Shown here: in pieces, positions 19,249-26,898 of the stretch | Layout: each line of letters starts with the position of its first letter | Numbering within the stretch: the first letter of the stretch is position 1 | Assembly: GCA_039809265.1 (NCBI GenBank) | Contig: JBDHUR010000001.1 | Span: forward strand, 5,914 to 69,913 | Length of the DNA: 64,000 nt | Direction of reading: 5' to 3' | From: Minisyncoccia bacterium | GTDB lineage: Bacteria > Patescibacteriota > Minisyncoccia > Phycocordibacterales > UBA9973 | Program-made: the position numbers and the translations under genes | The notes under the pieces: model-generated | The model's database searches: none | Told to the model about the DNA's origin: nothing | What the model saw: the letters and a program-made list of their open reading frames with translations, nothing else

Positions 19249-20007
19249 CTATCTCAACCTAAACTGTGCTTTGACTGTAACCATTACATCTTTAGAGACA
19301 GTAGAAGTATCGTACGATCCGTAGTCTTCTACATCTACAGAGTCTGGGGCTAGAAGCTGCACAACACCAGAAGATGCGCCGACAAGCTTTGAAACGTTGT
19401 TCCTGCCTGAACCTTTTGCTATAACGTCCGCACGAGCTTTTGCATCTTCTATTGCTTTACCAAGCAGCGTTACACGCAAAGACGCCAGCTTCTCTTGAGA
19501 ATACAAAAACTGCGGTGCTTGCATTTGCACAAAGATTCCTTTGTCTGCAAACAAACTAGCTTTGTCTGAAATATTTTTTATCTTTGCAATATCAGAAGAA
19601 GAGACAGAGAAAGATTGGTTTAGCACCGTCCTTTCTGTGCCCTGTATCCTGTTTCCATTTTGGTCGTAGTCAGAAATTTCATAAGAAGATACAGGGTCTA
19701 TGGTAAGCTCTTCGTCAGACACACCCAAACTTTTCAAAATAGTTACAATAGCATCTTTGTCTGTATTTATCTGCTTGTACCCAGAAGCTAAAGCCCCACT
19801 GACAACCCTGCGCTCGAAAGTACCGCGCACCTTGCCGACATCGGACTCCACGCGCTCTTTGGCAGAGCCGGTCACATTTACAGTCTGCTCTCCCGCTCGC
19901 AAAGAACGCACAGCAGAGCCTACAAAAATAAACGCAAGCACAAATGCAATACCAAGAACTAAAGCGGGTATCACATATGGCCTGTTAAAAAATGAATAGT
20001 TGTTCAT
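19249..20007 (-). CDS. SIMPL-domain (DUF541) membrane-anchored periplasmic protein
   Basis: Start at MNNYSFF; N-terminal TM; SIMPL-like pattern; start site uncertain. Confidence 0.65.
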   Translation of the reverse strand: MNNYSFFNRPYVIPALVLGIAFVLAFIFVGSAVRSLRAGEQTVNVTGSAKERVESDVGKVRGTFERRVVSGALASGYKQINTDKDAIVTILKSLGVSDEELTIDPVSSYEISDYDQNGNRIQGTERTVLNQSFSVSSSDIAKIKNISDKASLFADKGIFVQMQAPQFLYSQEKLASLRVTLLGKAIEDAKARADVIAKGSGRNNVSKLVGASSGVVQLLAPDSVDVEDYGSYDTSTVSKDVMVTVKAQFRLR

Positions 20008-20088
20008 ACATAGAGTATAACACACTATGAAGCAACTCTGTGACATACAAAGAAAAAGCCCCGCCGATAATACGGCTGGGCTTTTTGA

Positions 20089-21303
20089 CTATAAGTCATA
20101 AAGAATACCTTCATAACCTTTACTATATTGCTGTGCTATTTCAACAGCCTTCTTTTCATTTGGAAAATCTCCGTACTGACCAAAGACAACCGCATGTTTA
20201 TACTCCACATTATTTAATTGTGTTTTTGTAATATAGTAAAATATCGGATCATTATCAGCTGATTTTTCGTGCTCGGACAAGTATCTCTCAAGTTCCCCAA
20301 CTTCTAAAAGAGAACCATGTTTTTTAAGAATCCTCTCATAGACTTCTATCCAAATAGGCAAAACAGATTCTTTTGAATGCTGCCGCAAATCTTCTCCATT
20401 TTTCATGCTTATAGTAAATGCGTTGGCCGTTGCTGCTGTATAAAGTTTCCAGTGCGGCAATTCTTCGTGAACACGAAGAAGCATTTCTTTTATATCATCC
20501 GGCATCTTAGGAAATAAAACGCTTATCTTCCCATTTGATATTGACAAACCACTGTCTTCCGGAGCCTTAATGAGATATTGCGAAATTATCTTATAGAACA
20601 AATTATCATCAATATAGCTTTTTACCAGGTCGCCAAAGGTCTCACTCGGCGGCTTTGTAATACTACGATGACGATATTTCCCTATAGCAAAAGAATCAAT
20701 TGAATACGGCATGGAGAATTTATAACTGAATCCCGCTCCCTCCGACAGCCGCACAAGAACATGAAAATCATCCACACTTCTTCCGTAGTCCAATATTTTT
20801 CCTTTAACTATTTCATTATGACATCCAATAAAACTAAGACTTATGGACATGTCTGGTGTAATAATGCAACTTTTTGGATTACCATCTTTGTAAAATACAA
20901 CATACGGACAGAAAGATATGGCCCCAAGAAGCTTGGCGAACGGCAAATGAAGATAGTTATAATCAAACATTTGAGTACCATTTTCATCCAGAGATTCAAA
21001 GCGTACCAGATTACATTGATCTAAAATATCAAAAAATATATCGGCAGGTAAAACTGCCATCGGAATAATATTAACCCTTTTCAACTCTTTCAAAAGATTC
21101 TCCTTTGCAACAATATAATCTCTTATGAAAGATTTTTGCCTATTTAATATGATTTCTGTTATCTGGTTTGGCTTAACCTCAAGCTTATGACCACCAATTG
21201 AATATTGTGTATCTGTAGACTCCAAGGATAAATCAGTTTTGTTTTGCAAGCTGGCAAAAGCATTATTGGGTGCTTGATCCAATATTTCTAATAGTTTTTT
21301 CAT
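20089..21303 (-). CDS. Hypothetical cytoplasmic protein (404 aa), no recognisable domain
   Basis: Long intact ORF with typical codon usage; no signal peptide. Confidence 0.5.
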   Translation of the reverse strand: MKKLLEILDQAPNNAFASLQNKTDLSLESTDTQYSIGGHKLEVKPNQITEIILNRQKSFIRDYIVAKENLLKELKRVNIIPMAVLPADIFFDILDQCNLVRFESLDENGTQMFDYNYLHLPFAKLLGAISFCPYVVFYKDGNPKSCIITPDMSISLSFIGCHNEIVKGKILDYGRSVDDFHVLVRLSEGAGFSYKFSMPYSIDSFAIGKYRHRSITKPPSETFGDLVKSYIDDNLFYKIISQYLIKAPEDSGLSISNGKISVLFPKMPDDIKEMLLRVHEELPHWKLYTAATANAFTISMKNGEDLRQHSKESVLPIWIEVYERILKKHGSLLEVGELERYLSEHEKSADNDPIFYYITKTQLNNVEYKHAVVFGQYGDFPNEKKAVEIAQQYSKGYEGILYDL

Positions 21304-21483
21304 TTTTTATAGAATTTTTTCTAAAAACTAACATTTTACGCAATTTTTGTCAAACTTTTGACTGCTATTGCGCTTCATTTTCAGGACGGTATAATGGGGG
21401 CATAGGTTTTAAAGGCTTTTGGATAAGCCAATAGCCTTGCGGTCGAATGTTTTTATTGGCAATTTTATCCCATAAAATAAGTT

Positions 21484-21756
21484 ATGAACAAACAAGACTT
21501 GATAGAATGGGTTCACGGCAAGATCGGTGGCACAAAAGTGCAGGCTGAAGAAGTCGTATCCGGCATAGTTGACTCCATCGTTGATACTTTGAAAAAAGGA
21601 GACGAGGTGTCTATAGCGGGGCTTGGCATCTTTTCTGTAAAGCAACGCGCCGCAAGGATGGCTCGCAACCCAAAAACTGGTGAGCAAGTAAAGGTTGCAG
21701 CTACAAAAGTTCCAAAATTCCGCGCCGCAAAGGCACTCAAGGACGCAGTAAAATAA
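21484..21756 (+). CDS. hup: DNA-binding protein HU
   Basis: 90 aa; 'GLGIFSVKQRAARMARNPKTGE' HU/IHF arm signature. Confidence 0.85.
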   Translation: MNKQDLIEWVHGKIGGTKVQAEEVVSGIVDSIVDTLKKGDEVSIAGLGIFSVKQRAARMARNPKTGEQVKVAATKVPKFRAAKALKDAVK

Positions 21757-21770
21757 AGCGTCACCCACTT

Positions 21771-21801
21771 ACACAAAACCCGCCATTGGCGGGTTTTGTG
21801 T
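21771..21801. terminator. Bidirectional terminator between hup(+) and ZIP gene(-)
   Basis: acacaaaacccgcc-attg-gcgggttttgtgt. Confidence 0.65.
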
Positions 21802-22530
21802 TTATGAATGAATCGCAGAAGTCACCAGGAGAATAAATACAACTCCCAATACTGTCATAGCTACAGTTTTCCAAGACGAATGTTTTGAATGAGCCTCTGG
21901 CAAAATATCTGACACACCTATGTATAGCAAGAATCCTGCGAAGAATCCTAGATATATAAGTAGCGCTTTCTCTGGTAATGTAAAAAGTAAAGTGGATAAT
22001 CCACCCAAAACAGGAGCAATAGCGTCTACATAAAGAAATTGCCTCGCTCTTTTTTCTGTATTCTTGTGACGCAACATCAAAGAAACGGTATTCAGTCCGT
22101 CTGAGAAGTCGTGAGCGATCACTGCCAAAGCTACCAGCACACCGACAGCAGTATCTACTTGAAAACCAAGTCCGATACCAATTCCATCCAAAAATGAATG
22201 GCCAGCAAGAGCAAGTGCTTGAAACTTTCCTACAATTGGATGCGAATGCTCCTTGTACTCGTCTTCATGTGAATGATGTATCAAGAGCATCTTTTCCGCA
22301 ATATGAAAAAGCAAAAAAGCACCCACAAGAGCAAGCATGGGATATATAGGATCAAGCCCTGTCTTCCCCGTCAGCTCCACAATTTCAGGAAAAATATCAA
22401 AAGCTATAACAGCCAAGATAACTCCTGCAGTAAAGCCCAGTACCAAGTGAAGTTTATTTTTATACTTCAGCCCAACCAGCCCGCCAGCAAAAGTAGAAAA
22501 GAATGTCAAAAAAATAAAAAGTAGCGCCAT
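21802..22530 (-). CDS. ZIP-family divalent metal (Zn) transporter
   Basis: 242 aa; His-rich loop 'HHSHEDEYKEHSH', 'HDFSDGL' ZIP signature, ~8 TM. Confidence 0.8.
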   Translation of the reverse strand: MALLFIFLTFFSTFAGGLVGLKYKNKLHLVLGFTAGVILAVIAFDIFPEIVELTGKTGLDPIYPMLALVGAFLLFHIAEKMLLIHHSHEDEYKEHSHPIVGKFQALALAGHSFLDGIGIGLGFQVDTAVGVLVALAVIAHDFSDGLNTVSLMLRHKNTEKRARQFLYVDAIAPVLGGLSTLLFTLPEKALLIYLGFFAGFLLYIGVSDILPEAHSKHSSWKTVAMTVLGVVFILLVTSAIHS

Positions 22531-22632
22531 GTGTACGCCATTCTATCAAAACAAAAATGCTTTGCAAGTATTTTAAAGAAAAACAGCCTACACATATATG
22601 CAGGCTGAGAATTCCAACAATGAAAAAAATAA

Positions 22633-22935
22633 TTACATTTTGAACAACAAAATCCTTAAGTCAAGATTGTGTGTTTGGGTTACACTTAATATAAGTGCAA
22701 AAAACAACACACCTGCTAATGACAATAAAATGCCCATAATCTTGAAAGAAAGCTCGCGGGACTTCAACAAAATAAATATACCGAGAGTAAGGAATACTAA
22801 AGAAATACAGGTTACGATCTTTGTTTGAGAAGAAATATTGTCCATGTCTCCACCGTGTATATAAGCAAGACGAAACAATAACAAAGTAAGCACCAGAGCA
22901 ATTATGCCCATAGTTATAGCAATAACATTTTTCAT
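22633..22935 (-). CDS. Small multi-TM membrane protein
   Basis: 100 aa, three hydrophobic segments. Confidence 0.4.
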   Translation of the reverse strand: MKNVIAITMGIIALVLTLLLFRLAYIHGGDMDNISSQTKIVTCISLVFLTLGIFILLKSRELSFKIMGILLSLAGVLFFALILSVTQTHNLDLRILLFKM

Positions 22936-23007
22936 TTTTATTAATTTTTTAAGTCAAACACAATTATATCTAGATAGATGATATAATATTTTCACTTAAA
23001 CGTCAAG

Positions 23008-23078
23008 TGCGAGTAGGGGGAATCGAACCCCCGTCCCCTGCTTGGAAGGCAGGTATTCTACCACTAAACCATACTCGC
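23008..23078 (-). tRNA. tRNA-Gly (anticodon UCC), CCA not encoded
   Basis: Manual cloverleaf: acceptor gcgagta/tactcgc, anticodon stem cctgc/gcagg, loop cttccaa, T-arm ggggg-ttcgatt-ccccc. Confidence 0.75.
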
Positions 23079-23090
23079 AAAACGATCTCT

Positions 23091-23165
23091 TGGTCGGGGT
23101 GCCGAGAATCGAACTCGGCCCTCTTGTTCCCAAAACAAGTATACTACCGATATACTACACCCCGA
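23091..23165 (-). tRNA. tRNA-Pro (anticodon UGG), CCA encoded
   Basis: Acceptor cggggtg/caccccg + a + cca; anticodon stem cttgt/acaag, loop tttggga; T-loop ttcgatt. Confidence 0.8.
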
Positions 23166-23279
23166 CAAAAAGATCGTTAAGGCTTCTCTATATTATCATA
23201 TTTTAGCTTTTAGACAATAAAAAAGGCCTGCCTCATGTATGAAAAACCGGCAGACCTTCACTCTAAGAGAAAATAAAAT

Positions 23280-24002
23280 TTAACTCATAGCATCATAGTA
23301 TTCACATATATGCCTAGTGGCGAAATACCGTTTGCGTACACCTTGAACGATGACCTCTTTCAGCTTCTTGTCTATATCCCATTTATTCTCGTCATTGAAC
23401 CAAAGCATGTGCGTTACTTCCCTTTTTAGACAAAGAAAAAATTTGTTGCTATCTTTCGGTCGAACATTCTTTGAGATAAAAATAGAATACTTCTTAAGCT
23501 TAACGCTGTCATCGTCTATGTGCATAGAGTACAGCTTTATCGGCTTGCGGCCTTGCTCTTCCCAATAAGGCATGGAAACAGTAAATGGATGATGCGATGA
23601 GAGCAAAGACTTCACCTCATAATTATTTGGCACAGCAATATCGCTTACAAAGTAGTACCCTCGGCCGTCTCGCAAGAAATAATACTTTGAAAAATTCCTT
23701 GAGTTTTCATTCACTAAGCTGAAAATAATGTTTAGCTTCTTATCCTTCGGCATCTCATAATAATGTTTGTACTTGTTGAGGATGCCACCGTAGCTGGATT
23801 TCTCCAAGTTTAGCAGTATCTTTGCGGGAGCTTTAGAGATAAGGACTTTGTTTTTCATGTAAAGTTCCGGGTGAATGGACTGCGGTATCTCTATACAAGT
23901 AGAAGGAACAGTACTTGTTGTGTCTGGTTCTACCAGCGACAAGTTTTGGTAAGGATTTGACAGGTCATTTATGCTGACGAGGCAAGCTTGAATTTGTATC
24001 AT
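23280..24002 (-). CDS. Hypothetical protein (240 aa)
   Basis: Intact ORF between tRNA genes; Lys/Tyr-rich; no recognised motif. Confidence 0.5.
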   Translation of the reverse strand: MIQIQACLVSINDLSNPYQNLSLVEPDTTSTVPSTCIEIPQSIHPELYMKNKVLISKAPAKILLNLEKSSYGGILNKYKHYYEMPKDKKLNIIFSLVNENSRNFSKYYFLRDGRGYYFVSDIAVPNNYEVKSLLSSHHPFTVSMPYWEEQGRKPIKLYSMHIDDDSVKLKKYSIFISKNVRPKDSNKFFLCLKREVTHMLWFNDENKWDIDKKLKEVIVQGVRKRYFATRHICEYYDAMS

Positions 24003-24059
24003 AATTATGTGGTTTTTTAGAATTATTCACTCAAAGTATATAACTTTTATAGCTTAAAG

Positions 24060-24500
24060 TCAATATGTTATATTTGGGATCAATTTTACCCTAGCGGTAC
24101 GAGTAGGTATATGGATATACACACAATACAAATCTGCTTGCCACTCCCCCTCTATGGCTTTTTGGATTAAGTACGTTTGTATTGTCCTTAAGAACTTACG
24201 GACTTTTATTGAGTGCATATTTTCCTCTGGACGAAAATATGTCTGTTTTGATTTTTCCGTAAATTCAACGCTGCTACCACCCGTTTCATATGAAACGGGT
24301 GGTAGCGTTACACATGAAACAGCTTTAACTTCTATAAAATATATCTTTCTGTCTTTTGAAGCGACAATATCAATCTCACCCCATTTCTTTGTATAGTTAC
24401 GCTCTATAACCTTGAAACCTTTTGAAATAAGATATTTGCAAGCAATATCCTCGCCTAGTTCCCCTATTCTTTGAGTTTTTGATGTAAATACCTTTGGCAT
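24060..24500 (-). CDS. yraN: YraN/UPF0102-family (PD-(D/E)xK-type) endonuclease-like protein carrying an in-frame palindromic insertion
   Basis: 146 aa; 'GEDIACKYLISKGFKVIERNY...GEIDIVA...IYFIEVKA' matches UPF0102; ~25-aa loop insertion coincides with the 34-bp palindrome. Confidence 0.65.
   Translation of the reverse strand: MPKVFTSKTQRIGELGEDIACKYLISKGFKVIERNYTKKWGEIDIVASKDRKIYFIEVKAVSCVTLPPVSYETGGSSVEFTEKSKQTYFRPEENMHSIKVRKFLRTIQTYLIQKAIEGEWQADLYCVYIHIPTRTARVKLIPNITY
24273..24306. repeat. 34-bp perfect palindrome gctaccacccgtttcat|atgaaacgggtggtagc inside the yraN-like coding sequence
   Basis: Read directly; 17-bp arms with zero mismatches; core gtttcatatgaaac. Confidence 0.85.
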
Positions 24501-24518
24501 ATTATTTAAATATTACCT

Positions 24519-24547
24519 GTTTCATATGAAACTGTTTCACGTGAAAC
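24519..24547. promoter_or_regulatory. Two adjacent palindromic sites (gtttcatatgaaac and tgtttcacgtgaaaca) in the yraN-like promoter: candidate operator
   Basis: 14- and 16-bp perfect palindromes, centres 15 bp apart, 19-47 bp upstream of the minus-strand start codon; same core as the intragenic palindrome. Confidence 0.4.
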
Positions 24548-24812
24548 AATTTGTATATAAAAACTGTTAATTTTAAGTGTCCTAGAGATATATTCTGAAA
24601 AATGCTTATTTTGTAAGGGTATTTTAGTTTTAGACTTTTATAAACATTTCTTAAAAGTCATTTTGTAAAGGAAATTATGTGTCTTTTATGCACAAAGTAC
24701 ACAGAGTTATCCACAGTTTGTTGGTAAATATGGGTAAAAATGTGGATTAAAGGACACTTGCATATGCAAAGTTTTAATAGAATGCTGTCACAAGCTGTAC
24801 AAAAGGTCGTTG

Positions 24813-24883
24813 TGCGGCTAGGGAGAATCGAACTCCCGTCTCATCCTTGGCAAGGACGTGTTCTACCACTAAACCATAGCCGC
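24813..24883 (-). tRNA. tRNA-Gly (anticodon GCC), CCA not encoded
   Basis: Acceptor gcggcta/tagccgc; anticodon stem cgtcc/ggatg, loop ttgccaa; T-arm gggag-ttcgatt-ctccc. Confidence 0.75.
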
Positions 24884-24994
24884 AAAAATACAACAGCTGA
24901 ATTGTACTATTTTTCTAAAATAAACGCAATTATTTCTTGTTATATTTACACAATTTGATAAATAACATATAATTAAACACATTAAAAAATAATC

Positions 24995-25066
24995 GCACCC
25001 GTGGTGAAATGGATATCATACCGGTCTTCGGAACCGTTGTTGGGGGTTCGAATCCCTCCGGGTGCA
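24995..25066 (+). tRNA. tRNA-Arg (anticodon UCG), CCA not encoded
   Basis: Acceptor gcacccg/cgggtgc; D-stem gtga/tcat; anticodon loop cttcgga (U33, anticodon tcg); T-arm ggggg-ttcgaat-ccctc; 72 nt. Confidence 0.6.
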
Positions 25067-25081
25067 CAAAACTTTGGCTTT

Positions 25082-26587
25082 ATGAGCCACGACATAACAA
25101 AACCAATAAATAATAAACTTATACCCAGAGAAGTGCTCGGGGTAGTGGAGACGCTAGAGAAAGCGGGATTTGAAGCGTACTTGATCGGCGGATGCGTACG
25201 AGATCTTATTCTAGGCAGCACACCAAAGGACTGGGACGTAACAACCAACGCTGTCCCTGAGCAGATAGTTTCTTTGTTTTCAAAGACAGTTTACGAAAAT
25301 GACTTTGGGACAGTGGCCGTTATAGACGAATCATTGGACGTTAACCCAAAATTAAAGGCCATAGAAGTAACGCCTTATAGAACAGAAGGGAAATATAGTG
25401 ATTTTCGTCATCCAGATAAAGTATCTTTTAGTAAAGACATAAAGGACGACCTGCAAAGACGAGACTTCACGGTCAATGCGCTAGCCTACAACCCATCTAA
25501 AGGACATTTATTGGACTTATACGACGGTATAAAGGACATAAAAGACAGAAGGCTACGAACTGTGGGGGAAGCCTCTTTGCGCTTCACAGAGGACGCTTTA
25601 CGCATGATGCGTGCTATTCGCTTCTCCTGCCAGCTTGGCTTCACCATATCTTCCGAAACCATAGTAGGCATAACAGAAAATGCACCCCTCTTGAAGAATA
25701 TCTCCATGGAACGTATCCGGGACGAATTTATAAAAATAATAAATTCACCAGAACCTATGGTTGGGGTGGGAATGCTTGCCAAACTTGAACTTTTGCATTA
25801 CTTCGTGCCAGAGCTTGAAGAGGGTATAGGCTGCGAACAAAAAGGTGAGCACATATACGACGTTTTTGAACACATGCTTCACGCGCTAGAACATGCAAAG
25901 GAAAAAGGCTGGGATTTTGACATACGTTTGGCTGCGCTCTTGCACGACATAGGCAAGCCACGCACCAGACGCTGGGACGGCACAAAAGCAGGCGGAAGAG
26001 GGAAGTACACTTTCTATGGACACGAAGTAGTCGGAGCACGAATGGTAAAAAAAATATTAGAACGCTTACGCTTACCAAAAGATATTTCAGAGAAAGTAGA
26101 GAAACTTGTGCGATACCACATGTTTTTCTCTGATACAGAGACCATTACTTTGTCTGCTGTACGCCGTACCATAGTAAATGTCGGAAGGGAAAATATCTGG
26201 GAACTTATGAAGGTTCGTGAATGCGATAGAGCAGGGATGAGAAAGCCGGAAGCCCCATACCGCCTTCGTAAATACCACGCTATGATAGAGGAGGCTTTGC
26301 GGGCACCAACTTCTGTAGCAATGCTAAAGATAAAAGGAGAAACGCTGAAAGAGCTTGGCATAGAGCCAGGGCCAAGAATGGGCTTCATCCTGCACGCTTT
26401 GCTTGAAGAGTGTCTGGAAGATGATGCGAAAAATGGAATAGCATATTTGGAATCCCGTGCACTTGAACTAAATACTTTGCCAGATGCAGACTTGCGCAAA
26501 CTCGGCGAGAAGGGGAAGGAGAAGAAAGAGGAAGTAAACGAATCAGAGATAACCAAACTACACGAGAGACATAAGGTTAGAAAATAA
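25082..26587 (+). CDS. cca: CCA-adding tRNA nucleotidyltransferase with C-terminal HD domain
   Basis: Start at MSHDITKP (ORF-track start lies inside the tRNA); 'GGCVRDLILG...DWDVTT' pol-beta head, 'RRDFTVNALA', HD motif 'LLHDIGK'. Confidence 0.8.
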   Translation: MSHDITKPINNKLIPREVLGVVETLEKAGFEAYLIGGCVRDLILGSTPKDWDVTTNAVPEQIVSLFSKTVYENDFGTVAVIDESLDVNPKLKAIEVTPYRTEGKYSDFRHPDKVSFSKDIKDDLQRRDFTVNALAYNPSKGHLLDLYDGIKDIKDRRLRTVGEASLRFTEDALRMMRAIRFSCQLGFTISSETIVGITENAPLLKNISMERIRDEFIKIINSPEPMVGVGMLAKLELLHYFVPELEEGIGCEQKGEHIYDVFEHMLHALEHAKEKGWDFDIRLAALLHDIGKPRTRRWDGTKAGGRGKYTFYGHEVVGARMVKKILERLRLPKDISEKVEKLVRYHMFFSDTETITLSAVRRTIVNVGRENIWELMKVRECDRAGMRKPEAPYRLRKYHAMIEEALRAPTSVAMLKIKGETLKELGIEPGPRMGFILHALLEECLEDDAKNGIAYLESRALELNTLPDADLRKLGEKGKEKKEEVNESEITKLHERHKVRK

Positions 26588-26590
26588 AAA

Positions 26591-26857
26591 ATGAAAACAA
26601 TACATAAATCATTCACACAAAAAGTACTAGAGGTGGTTCGGAAAATTCCGAAAGGAGAAGTACTGAGCTATGCAGATGTGGCGCGGCGAGCGGGTTCTCC
26701 GCGAGCCGCGCGGGCCGTTGGAAGCATAATGAAAGCAAACTTTCGTCCTGACGTGCCATGCCATAGAGTTATAAAAAGTGATGGAACACTTGGAAACTAT
26801 AATCGCGGAGCGAAAAAGAAATTTGCATTATTAAAAGCAGAAGGATATATAAAATAA
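26591..26857 (+). CDS. Minimal methylated-DNA-protein-cysteine methyltransferase (MGMT C-terminal domain only)
   Basis: 88 aa; active-site 'PCHRV' motif retained, plus 'YADVA...G..RAVG' helix-turn-helix. Confidence 0.7.
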   Translation: MKTIHKSFTQKVLEVVRKIPKGEVLSYADVARRAGSPRAARAVGSIMKANFRPDVPCHRVIKSDGTLGNYNRGAKKKFALLKAEGYIK

Positions 26858-26888
26858 AACTCCCTGCACGCTAGCTTGCAGGGAGTTG
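26857..26888. terminator. Bidirectional terminator hairpin
   Basis: aactccctgca-cgctagc-ttgcagggagtt. Confidence 0.6.
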
Positions 26889-26898
26889 ATTTTTCGCC

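Noticed and set aside
23280-24500. tRNA-flanked two-gene segment as a discrete mobile or defense island
   Set aside because: No integrase, no att-like duplication of tRNA 3' ends, and YraN is a widespread conserved protein. The segment is kept only as a low-confidence observation, not called as a mobile_element.
24690-24760. Perfect DnaA-box ttatccaca (24706-24714) plus near-match tgtggatta (~24742) in an AT-rich 300-bp spacer: possible oriC?
   Set aside because: Only one perfect and one imperfect box. No dnaA/dnaN nearby and no box cluster. An isolated 9-mer is expected by chance in 64 kb of AT-rich DNA.
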